Positions 12,390 through 24,385 of a stretch of 64,000 nucleotides of DNA are shown here, one piece after another (positions within the stretch are counted from its first letter, which is position 1; each line of letters starts with the position of its first letter). The DNA comes from the human T2T-CHM13v2.0 reference genome, Homo sapiens. The stretch is from NCBI RefSeq assembly GCF_009914755.1, contig NC_060935.1. One strand, given 5' to 3'. The notes under the pieces are model-generated. The model was not told where the DNA came from and did no database searches. It saw nothing but the letters and a program-made list of their open reading frames with translations. The translations under genes and the position numbers were made by a program.

Positions 12390-15300
12390 GTAATTCCCTG
12401 TCTCCTGGGACACCAGGAGAAGAAGGTGCGGGCTGTTAACGGCAATGTTTATTGGGGAGACAAGATCCCACATCCATCCACCCACCCCTGGCCCCAAGTC
12501 CCACCTCAGGTTTCATTTCAAATCAGGAAGGACTCTCTAACAGCCATTAGGATCTAGCTGGTTGTCCTGGGAGACAGTGTCTCCTTATCACTGAAGGGGA
12601 CCACGCCAAGGATTCCTGCTGCAGGTCAGTAGTTAGAAGAGAGGGCCAAGGTCTCTTGAAATGCTAGGGTTCTGCGATTCTTTGCCTGTTCCTAACACTG
12701 GCCTGAAACTGTGACGTGCTTAAGTGACTTCCAGATAGGCCCATTCCCTGCCCTGGGCCTGAATTTTCTAAGGTTTCTCGCTCTACAAAGTAAGGGTGAT
12801 AACTGGTATCATTTTACATTTTACAAGATGGCAACTTTGCATTTCTCTCCGCAAACGTGTGTCACCAGTAGCAATTATAATTGTCTCTGGTTCTTCAATG
12901 CCTCTCCAAACAAGAACTCAGACCAGTCTTTAAATATCATCCCAATGGCTTTGAGACTTCAGGGATCTTTTCGGGTTTTGTTTTGTTTTGTTTTTCCATT
13001 TTGAAGAAAGGGAGAGAGGAATTAGAGGACAAACTGTTTGGAAGCAACTGAAAGCGCTTGAACAAGCCATTTGTCTTCTCCCATCCTAATTTCCCCACCT
13101 ATGAAATTGTGATAGTACCACTGTGATCTTCAGGATTCAATTAACCAATGTGTGAAAAGCTTCAGCTTTCTGTTTTGTTTCTCTCTTCTTTTTTTTCTGA
13201 ATCATTCATTTATTGATTCATCCATTAAACACATACCAATTGTCTACTACGTGCTGAGGACCGTACTCAGTTATCTTAGGTTAGCAGTTCTCAAAGTGTA
13301 GACTACAAGGTCAACACTACTTATTAAAGGTTTTGTTTTCTTTTTAATTGATAAATAACAATTGCATATATATGGGATACAATGTGATGTTTTGATACAT
13401 GTATACATTGTGGATTTCCCCCAGTTTTTGAAGATCCTGAAGTTTCTGGCAGGGCCCTGTTTAAGTACACAGCATTATACACTAAACAGCTTAAATAGAA
13501 CAAATAGGGAGTGACCAGGGGAAAAAAATACATAAGAATATATTTCATTTACATTTGAACATAAGAATGTATATTTGAATATATTCAAATAAATGTTACT
13601 CAAATTTCCTTTGTTGAGGTGGTATTCTCTGATACAATGGCATACGTAAGCCAAAAATAATCATTTCACCTTTTAAAATTGTTAATTTATAACTTAAAAA
13701 AATAATCACCCACCCCATTAAGCTTTATATTTAATAGTTTAAAATATACATGTATATTCTCTGGAAAGAAGAATCTTTAAAAATTGAAGTACTTTCATCA
13801 TCAACTCCAAACTTTAAAAAAACCATAGGAAACAACACATATTTTAAAGTAGGTTAAAAATACTGTGCGGCTCACTGGCAGAAATTGGCATATTTATTCA
13901 GTTGGTATATCACACTGAGATCAATACAAAGGATATTTGTATGGTGGCTTAAAATAGTAACATATTAATAAAATTCTCATGATCTAAAATGCAAGTTTTC
14001 ATCTTCATAACTTCCCTTTGGCCATTGGGAATTCTTTAATCCTCCAAATAACTCATTTGGCAGAAAAGCTTATGAAGAATGTGAATATTATAAAGACCCC
14101 CAACTACTGATATCGTACAGTTTTAGAACAGCATCTCTCATCTAAATAAGAATTGGTCTGGAGTTCTTTATCTCCAATTTATTGCACTGTGGCTGCCTTC
14201 CCTCCCTCCCCACCTGAGCACAGAAGGATGCGGGATAGACCTGGTCCTAAATAAGCTTGGAGGGTATTTGGGGAGGCAGGACGGAATATCCCCAAAGACC
14301 CTGCCTGCATAATTCCCAGAGGCCTAAGAGAATCCACCCCCTCTTAGGATCTCAGATAATTGACTCCCCCAACAAAGTCCCCCAGGCCAGAGAAGAAGGA
14401 GGCAAAGCTGCTTAGTTTGACCCTTGTGATTTAAAAGTTTCCAGAGGGCCCAAGTAATAGCCCTGACATTGGGGGACATCTGATATCAGTGGCAAGCAGA
14501 GGGCTCTGCCCAAGCCCCTTCCCATCCCTTCACCTGGGTGCCCACCCACCACCCTCATGCAACCTCAAACTACTGGCACCCAAGGCTAAGCTAAGAGCCC
14601 ACGTGTGGGAGGCTGCAAAGCTGTCTTTCTGAATGCTTGAATAAGAGAGAAAGGGTCACAAAGCCAGGTTCAGTGCGGGTCACAGTGCACTTTCTATGAT
14701 ATGGTAAGATGTACGCTGTTTTTTAGAATCTCACCAAGCTACTTATCAGTAGAAACCATACTAGTCACCCTGTGTGCAAAACGTTTTGTGTGCTTCAGCT
14801 CAGCATTCCTTGCATGCCCTACGAAGTAGATGCTACAATATCCCCCCCAACTTTATAAAGGAGAAGATGGAGTCTCACTGTTAAATAACATTCTCAAAGT
14901 CACAAAGCAAGCAAGAGGGGGAGCCTGGATTCAAAACATATTTCTTTGGATGATCTCCACCCCAGCCAGGAAGACTAGGGACATTTGTACTTGTTAATCC
15001 TCAGAAAAAAAAGCATGCCTATGTGGTTGACACTTTCATCCCAGCTTAAAAACAAAGAATCTAAGTTCCAAGGAGATTTCAAGACTAGCAGATGCTGGCA
15101 GCACAATTCATAGCCCGGCCTTTTGTCTCCCAAACAATTCATTTGCTGCTCCCTCCAACAGAGGCAGATTTTTCAACACCCCTACTGTTGCCATTTGCTC
15201 TGGAGGGAATGGAATTATTCAGCCAAGATTCGGCCGTGTTTGAATCTGCTAACTAAGACATCCAGAGGCAGCTAGAGATTCACATTTCCATCACTAATTA

Positions 15301-16129
15301 CATTCGCAGCTCCCTTCCAAATGTCACTCCCCCCCCCCCCCGCCCCTATTTTTTGTAGCTCTTTGCCTGCAGAATCAGAGATTTTGAGAATTTATAGCTG
15401 TTGAAGTTCCCTTGCAGTCACCCAGAGTAAGGCGGTCACTTTACAGATGAGGAAGCGGAAGTTCCAAAGGGGGCATCTTAGAGTAGCCTCAAAGGTCATT
15501 GGATCTCAACTCCTAATGTGACCCTTGTGATTTAAAGGAGTTTACGGACCCATGTAAGAGATTACAGGCCCATGTAATCACCCTGACACTGGGGGATATC
15601 TGATCTCCGTGGCAAGCAAAGTGGCCTGCTCCATTCATTGGAAAGGTGACCTCAAATTGAGCCAAAATGTGCCTCCCTTTAAATCCTCTCCAGTGTACTT
15701 GGTGCTGTCCATGCAAGTTAATCTTTATTTTTGTGATCCCCTAAAGATTCTGTTCTTCCCCTACCTGAAATTTAGTGGAGACATTTTATTTTTACTCCTT
15801 GGTCTGTTCTGCGTGGCTAAAGACTCCGTGGGCCGCTTTAACTTAGTATTTTTATGAAGCCTCTTTCTAAGCACACTGAGATTGCAGTTGGTGGGGTCAT
15901 CTGGATTTCTAGCAGACAAAATGCAGCAATTTCTAAAAATAAGAACTGTTGAGAGTCACCAGTTCAGTGCTGCACAAGTGAAAGGCGCCCTCAGCAGAGC
16001 CCTGCAGTTCTTCAGGAGGCTCTCTTCTCTGTTGGCAAGGTTTCTGAGGCCCAGGTAGACCCTCAATTCACAGGAGCAGGATTTTAACAAGAGTACTATA
16101 TTTCCCAAAGTCCTGGGAACAGGTGATGT

Positions 16130-16250
16130 TGTGTGTGTGTGTGAGTGTGTGTGCACATGCGAGTTCGTGAGAGTGGGTGTATTTGTTAGTGGGTGAATGT
16201 GTGAGGCTGAGAGTGAGTGTGTCAGTGTGTGTGTGTGTGCGTGAGTGTAT
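16130..16250. repeat. Degenerate (TG)n tract
   Basis: Direct inspection. Confidence 0.8.
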
Positions 16251-16284
16251 AGGCATTGATGGTGCAATGACAGATTAAAAATAC

Positions 16285-16660
16285 TGTATCCGTCAGGGTC
16301 CCCGCAGGAAACAGATGGCACATTCTAACTGGGTAATCTGAGGAGAGTTTAATAAAGGGACTGTTTCAAAGGTGTGGGCAGGGTGTACGGAAACCACACA
16401 GATAGTGCAGTGCCAGGGCCAGAAACAGGACACTGGTTACCACCCAGGTCTGAAGAGGCGAGGAGAGGAAGCAGTGACAGGAACATGGAGACGGACAGAG
16501 CTGTGAGCAGAGGACAGCCTGACATGTGGCTGTGACTCAGGAGAGCCCCACCAGAAGCCAGAGCTGAGGCAAAGTGGCCCACTGAGGCAGCCCAGGGCAG
16601 GGCGAGGAAGGGAGGAGCACGGACCTGAGGGGCACCTGCAGAGATGTCCAGGACAAGTCC
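16285..16660. mobile_element. Old ERVL/MaLR-type solo LTR fragment; a similar relic lies at ~26670-27070
   Basis: TGTATCCGTCAGGGTCCCGCAGGAAACAGATGG resembles an LTR terminus; family uncertain. Confidence 0.5.
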
Positions 16661-16827
16661 TGACAACTTTCATCTGTGAAATTACAGCCCTTCCTTAACT
16701 TTCAGAGGTCTCTAACTGCTTTATGCCCCCGATGAAAATGGGGACCATTGTCCAAGGAAGATGCATGTATTCATAGACATGAGAAAATTCACAGGCAAGT
16801 TCTCTTCTTAAAGGATATTTTATTTCT

Positions 16828-17132
16828 TTTTTTTTTTTTTTTTTTTTGAGACAGAGTTTTGCTCTGTTGCCCAGGCTGGAATGCAGTAGTGCAGTAGTCT
16901 CGGCTCACTGCAACCTCTACCTCCCGGGTTGATGCAATTCCCCTGCCTCAGCCTCCCCAGTAGCTGGGATTACAGGTGCCCGCCACCACGCCCAGCTAAT
17001 TTTTGTATTTTTAGTAGAGACGGGATTTCAACATGTTGGCCAGGCTGGTCTCGAACTCCTAACTTCAAGTAATCCACCCACCTTGGTCTCCCAAAGTGCT
17101 GGGATTATACGCGTGAGCTACCACGCCTAGCC
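16828..17132 (-). mobile_element. Alu (S-type)
   Basis: Poly-T plus Alu consensus. Confidence 0.95.
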
Positions 17133-17375
17133 AGGTTATTTCATTTCTACAAATAAGATACAAATACATTCTCAGAGTAATAAATCCAACCAATACTGAT
17201 ATATACAAAGTAATGACATGGGAAGTCCCCTTCATTCCCCCAGGCCTGCACCCTTTGCAGGGAATTAACATCTGGGACGGTTTAATGAGTTTCTTTCCAG
17301 TTCTTATTCTATGCATTTATATTTATGCAGCATAAAATTCCAAGACTTTGAGGCCCTCTAAAAGCCTATCCCGTA

Positions 17376-17532
17376 GCCAGGTGTGGAGGCTCCTGCCTGT
17401 AATCCCAGCACTTTGGGAGGCTGAGGCGGGAGGATCCCTTGAAGCCAGGAGTTTGAGACCAGCCTGGGCAGCAATAGCAAGACTCCTTCTCTACAAAAAT
17501 AAGATTAAAAATTCTAAAAAATAAATAATAAA
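17376..17532 (+). mobile_element. Alu left monomer (FLAM-like)
   Basis: Single arm with A-rich tail. Confidence 0.85.
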
Positions 17533-18526
17533 TGAAAGCCTATCCCTGCACCTCAGATTAAGAGCCCTAGAGTTAAGTTTGCAAAGCCCTTTCACACCTA
17601 TTTTTGACAGATCACAGCTCACCATCTTCCCCCACCCCCAAGGTAGGCTCAGAAAGATTTCAAAACTTGCCTGAGATTATACAGCCTAATTAAGAGGCAC
17701 ATCAGGACTCAAACCCAGGGATTTGATCTATATCCATTGCTTCCAGCATGCCTTGCGCCATCACATGGCCTGCAAAAAAGGGGAAAAAAAAATAGCTCTA
17801 AGAGATATACCTGGTAGTGATGGCTGGTGTGATTGACGGGAGAGAATCGAAACTGCATTTCAAAATGCCTGATTTCTTGTTTCTCCTCTGAGAGTTCCTA
17901 AGACAGCTTTGCTACTAAAAGGCAACGCAGTTTTGGATTTCCTCTTTTGGTGTCTGGGACAAAAAAACATTTGTTCAGCTGCTAGATGTTCCTGGTGCGG
18001 TAGGTGTTTCTAGTGATCGTTTTATGTTGGAAATGTACCCACAGCAGCTTTCATGAAGCTCGGAGATTTGGCGCCTGTCCTGCTTCCAGGCAGAAACGTG
18101 TGGATCAGCAAGATCTTAGGCCAATTGACAGAGACAGAATCGAAGTGCACCCTTGGCTTTGATCATTCTCTCTACAATCTGGATTTTTCTCTTTCCAAAA
18201 GCCATAGAATATGCGTTAAAAGCAGCCAGCACCGTCATTTCCACAGAAACACTTGAAGGCCCTCTTCCATGGGAAGTGTACTTGCTTGAATTCTCCATAA
18301 TCCATTTTCTTCATCATTTTTAGGTTTCAGTGGAAGTGATGCAATTAGAGTGATCTTGGATTTAGATAGCCCTTTATCATGTTCATGTCTACCCTATTCT
18401 CACAGCAACCAGTATTATTCATAGAAAATATTAGCTAACACTCATTGAACACTTACCAGTGAGCCAGAGAATTAGCAGGTTCTCTGTGTGATTATCTTGT
18501 TGACCCTGAAGAGAGAACATTTTAGA

Positions 18527-18822
18527 GCCAGGTGTGGTGGCTCACACCTGTAATAATCCCAGCACTTTGGGAGGCCAAGGCGGGCAGATCACGAGTTCAG
18601 GAGTTCAAGACTGTCCTGGCCAACATAATGAAACCCTGTCTCTATTAAAAATTTTTTTAAAAATCAGCCAGGCGTGGTGGCACGCACCTGTAATCCCAGT
18701 TACTCAGGAGGCTGAGGCAGGAGAATTGCTTGAACCCAGAGACGGAGGTTGTAGTGAGCTGAGATCTCACCACTGCACTCCAGCCTGGGTGACAGAGTGA
18801 GACTGTCAAAAAAATAAAAAAA
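18527..18822 (+). mobile_element. Alu (S-type)
   Basis: Alu consensus. Confidence 0.95.
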
Positions 18823-21800
18823 GATATAACAACTCAAGAGAACATTTTAGAACTGGATACCTGAGCTCAGGGGTTTCATCTACCTGTCCAAGGCCACACA
18901 GCTCCTACTGCTGGAGCCAGAATTCAAACCCTAGCAGTCTGGCTCCAGAACCTGTGCTTGCAACCACAAGTAGGACCAGTATGGTAACGCCCATTCTACA
19001 GATGAGGAAACTGAGGCCAAAAAGATCCCTCTCAGGAGCAGAGAGCGAGTAAACTGGCTCTCAGGTACATCTTCTGGCTCCAGGTCCATTGATCTTTCCC
19101 TACCTTATTAATTAAAGATAAATTAATAGTAATGCATTTTTAAAGATCAACAAGAAGCGTTTTTTTTAATGCCTGCCTTTGAGGTTGATTTGGTGCCTGG
19201 AATATGAATAAATAAGTATGGCTTTGGGCCCTTCTCTAAGGAGAAGAGTTCCAGCCTGTTCTAAGGATGTTGCCCCACCCTGAAGCAAAGAGTCTGCCAG
19301 GAGATATTTTCCTATCAGTATAAAATCAACTGTAAAAGTGTATTTCAGCTGGCAAAATTACTTCCCACCAGGCAAAGCTTTGCTGAGAACACCACCACTT
19401 TCACTTAGAAACCCAAATTCCAGGCCCAAGTTTTCCCTTGCAAGTCAAACCCGGCTCCGGCAAGTTTGTTGCTGTTTTTCCTGCTGCTGTAACAGTTACG
19501 TGTCCCTGCTTTAAGAAGGAATTTCCACCACTCGATGAGAGGATGGATCATTTCTAAACAGATGTCTGAGAGCTTCCAAGGGATTTGTACATCGTGATAA
19601 AAAAACCCTTCTCCATTCAGCAAACGTTTATTGACTGCTGACTACTGCAAATGTCAGCTCAGCATGGGGAAGTACTTCTAACAGTTAGAGCTATCCAAAG
19701 CTAAATTTGGGCTGCTCCTACAGGTAGTGAGTTTCCTTGCACTGAATGTATTCAGGCATCGGCAGGGAAACCCTTTGTAGATAATGTAGGGAGAACTTTG
19801 AAGGTCTCTTTCAACTTCCAGATTATATCACATGCTGGGCTTTGTGGCGAATACAGAGATGAACAAGACCAGTTCCTAGAATCAAGCAAGTTTTAATATA
19901 GTGATGATAAATTTGAATCCAAATAACGAAAAATGCTTATACAAAAGAAATATATATATGTTATGCTGGGGCAAGCCAAGGATGGTCAGGATGAAGCAGA
20001 AGTAAAGCAGAAGGATGTGGGCTACAGTTCAGGCCTTGCTGTTAATCCTGGATGTGATGTTAAGCACGTCTCATTGCCTCTGTGGGCCTCAGTTTCCTCC
20101 TCTGTAAAATGGGCTGGTTAAAGATGATGATCTTTTAGGCTCCTTCAAGCCCTAAAAGTCTGAATCAACATGTGTGGGTGTCTGAGGAAGGGCTGTGGAA
20201 ATTTGGGCTGCTGAAGCATGCACTATTATTTATAGACCTATCACAATCACGTTGGAATGGAGCTCCAGCCCTGCCCTGCAGAAGCGCATCTGACAAATGA
20301 TTTATTATGGTAATTGACGTTTGTACTTACTCATTCTTTATCTCTTGCTGGTAATGCCACAAGGGAGCGCACGCACACTCACACACACACGCACTCACAC
20401 GCACAACATCCCAGCACTATTAGGCCTCAGAATCATTCGATTGAGTCCTGTGTTAGAGGTGTCCTGTCTGGTCACAGCTAGGGGTGTCTCAGTGAAGGCC
20501 CCGGAGGCAAAGCACATTCAGCTGGGGTTTGTGAAGAAATTTACACAACAGGAACCAGCATGGGAGTCGAGGCACACAGGGATGAACAAAGTGGGAAGCC
20601 GTCACCACTGTAGACCTGCCGCCCCCGCGGGAGGAATGGGAGCCTGGTTTTGAGCTGGGGTGCCTGACAGGAGCAGCAGTCAAAGTGACACAGCCACAGG
20701 CAAAATCAAGGCAGAGCAGGGAAGCGGCGAGCAGATACATACCCCATCCCCTCCTTCCCACCCTCGGGTCCCCTGCCAGTGCCGCCCATTGACCAAATTC
20801 CCCAGAAACCAGGGGGGAGGAAGCCAGGGAATGTGGGCTGCAGAGGTCCACCTGCAGGGCTGCCCAGACCAGAGACTGGCTCCTGGGGCAAGTGCAGAGT
20901 CTCTGGCCCACCAGGTAACCATCCCCGCTGCCCTTCAAGTGTCTGGGCTCCAGTGGCCCTTCCAGCCACGCCTGTCAGAGGAGCCCCCGACCCTGAAAAC
21001 TCTGGCCCTGCCTGTGCCTCTGGGCTGCTTTCCCCTTTTCCAGCTCAGCGCTGGCAGCTGTTCGGGCTCTGTTCTTTCCTCTGATGCCTATGGCATCATT
21101 GCAGTCACAGCCATGCTGTGCTTTCTCCACAGCTGAGGTGTTTTCACAGACACCAGCTTAGCAAGCTCCCTGCCCACTGAGGCTGCAAGGAACTCCTTTT
21201 GGCTCCTCTCTTAGGGAGGCAGTAGGGGTAGGCAAGGGCTTTGGAGTCAAGCAGCCAGATTTCAGATCCCAGCTGTGCCCCTTGCAGGCAGAGTAGCCTA
21301 TGGAGCATGTCTGTGCCTTTCCCCAACCTGTAAAATCAGGCATGTTGCCTGATGACCAGTACCCAATATTAAGAGAAAGCTGTGTGCTAGGTACTATGTT
21401 CAGCCTTCACATTCCATAGTCATTTAATCCTCTAGGCAACCCTAGAGCTACTGCTCTCATCTCCATTTTACAGATGGAAAAACAGACTCAGAGAGGTAAT
21501 TCACCCAAGGTCATATAAACTAGGTGGCACAGCCGGGATTCAGGCCCAGGACTATCTCATTTCAAAGTGCGTAAGCCGCCAGCTAACTCATTCAGCTGTT
21601 GTGAGGCCTAAATGAAACAACAGGTGTGGAAGCCTCTAGCCTAGTGCTTAGCAGGAGTAACTGTCCCACATATATTTTCCTACTCTTTCCCGCATTGCCC
21701 CTATCGAGAGGCTGGCTCCCACAAGTGGCACCCACTTTCCCACCTAGCTAGCTGCCAAATCTAACTGTGTTCTGCTGGGGAGAGAAGCAGCCTGTTGTTA

Positions 21801-22004
21801 CTACCTTATACTAGCTCCACCTGCAGAATCAGGAGCATTTGGAGAAACCAGTGGCAGCAGGAGGGAGCCCTGAGGACAACCTACCTAAACTCAATCTTTG
21901 AGATGTCAAGAATCTCAGAAATTATTTATTCTTCTAGCAAGCATTTACTCAACCCCCTACTGTGAGCATTAGGCCTTTGGGCAAACAGAAACAGTGAGAT
22001 ATGA

Positions 22005-22334
<330 letters not shown>

Positions 22335-22777
22335 TCATAGTCCGTAGTCCAAATTATTAGCTATAGTCTGGTGTGGCAGATACTGTAGTAGAGGCCTGAA
22401 TCCTAATGGAGAGAGAAAAGGCAGCCCTGGGGGATGTCCCAACCCCAGCTCATGCCCCTGGTTTGTAGCATTGGCTGGATTTCTGTGAGGTAAATACTCC
22501 AGGATGGTCAATTTCAAGCTACCAAGGTGAAGTCACTAAACATGGAATTGGGAAGAGATGCACACAATTGGCTGCCAGCTGGGATGTGTGGACCCAGCTG
22601 CTGCCACTTCCATCTGCCTCTACCCACCAGCCCACCAACCCTCTTCCAGCTGCTTCAGAAACACCACGTTCTTTCCCGTGAGAGGGCCTGCAGATCCCTC
22701 AGCCAGGAAAGCGGCCCCTGCCTCTGGCCTTCTTGCCCTTTTAACTCTCCATCCTTCAAGCCCCAGCTTGAGGGTCA

Positions 22778-23330
22778 CTTTTTTTTTTTTTAAGTTTAAG
22801 TTCTGGGATACATGTGCAGGACGTGCAGGTTTGTTACGTAGGTAAACGTGTGCCGTGGTAGTTTGCCGCACAATAAACCCATCACTTAGGTATTAAGCCC
22901 CACATGCATTAGCTATTTATCCTGATGCTCTCCTTCCCCCTGCACCCCCAACAGGCACCAGTGTGTGTTGTTCCCCTCCCTGTATCCATGTGTTCTCATT
23001 GTTCAGCTCCCACTTATGAATGATAACATGCAATGTTTGGTTTTCTGTTCTTGTGTTAGTTTGCTGAGGATGATGGCTTCCAGCTTCATCTATATCCCTG
23101 CAAAGATCATGATCTCATTCCTTTTCATGGCTGCATAGTATTCCATGGTATATATACCACATTTTCTTTATCCAGTCTATCATTGATGGGCATTTGAGTT
23201 GATTCCATGTGTTTGCTATTGTGAACAGTGCTGCAATAAACATGCATGCATGTATCTTTATAATAGAATGATTTATATTCCTTTGGGTATATACCCAGTA
23301 AGGGGATTGCTGGGTTAAATGGTATTGCCG
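22778..23330 (-). mobile_element. 5'-truncated primate L1PA (3' end)
   Basis: L1 ORF2 C-terminal remnant (PAIPLLGIYP) plus 3' UTR and poly-T; AGGGTCACTTT flanking duplication. Confidence 0.92.
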
Positions 23331-24129
23331 GTTTCAGGGTCACTTTCACATGAAGCCTTGCCTAACCCCCAGCCTAGGTTAGACATCTAACTGTGCTCAT
23401 AGAATGGCACTCCTCTCCTTCCCAACCCTTCCTTATGTCCGATTTTAGCTACTTATGGGCTTGTGTGGTTAATTAGTATTTCTCTCCCTCTCATGACAGC
23501 AGAGCTTGGCAAGGTATCAGCAGTACCTAGAACAGTATCTGGCACAGAGCAGGTGTGCTCCAAATGTTTGTTGAATGCTGAAAGAACAAGAGGTCATCTG
23601 AGCTGGGCTCTAATGGATGAATAGGAGTCTGCAAGGTGGAAAAGGGAGGCAAGAGGAACAGCATGGGCAAAAGCATAGACATCTGTGTCTGTGGGATGTG
23701 TTCAGGAAATGCAGGAAGGCAGGTAGTCTGGTGTGGCTGGAACTTGAGCGTGTGGCAGGGAGAAGAGCTTGCAGATAAGGCAGGTGGACTGGGCCAGGTC
23801 GGGAGGAGTCAAGGTATCGAATGGTCCTGTCATTCTCACCAACCCCAATCCTAACCAAAAAAATAAAAATGATCTGGTAAGAACCAGAGGACTTGGGGAA
23901 AATCAAGGCTTGGGCATGGTGTATGTAGCTGAGCCATTCCCCTTTTTAGATGAGGAGGCTACAGGGTCCTTCTGTCCTGACACTGCATGGCCCCCCAGGC
24001 TTCCTGTTCTGCTCCCAGCCAGTGACTCTGGGTATGGAGACCCACCTAGCAAATGCAAAAAGATGCACCAGCTGGAGAACGAAATTAGTTATGACCCAAC
24101 AGAAATCAAGCAACAAAAGAACAGTGTAG

Positions 24130-24385
24130 AATGCTGGCTAAGAGTGTGGGTCCGACAGCTGGACTGCCTGGGTTCGAATCCCAGCTTCACTCACTGTTGG
24201 TTTTGTGACCTTAGACAAGTTGCTTCACCTCTCTGATCTTGATTCCTCAGCTGTGACATGGGAATAGCAACAGTACTTAAATGCAATGGGGTGGTTGTGA
24301 GCATTAAATGAGCTAATAAGCATAAGCACTTAGCACAGTGTCGGGTCACAGAGGAGTACTCAGTAGATGTTGGCTGTTATTATTA
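24130..24385 (+). mobile_element. MIR; representative of many MIR/L2 fragments, e.g. ~31800-31990 in the P2RX3 3' UTR
   Basis: CTGGGTTCGAATCCCAGCT...TGTGACCTT...CCTCTCTG MIR core. Confidence 0.8.
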
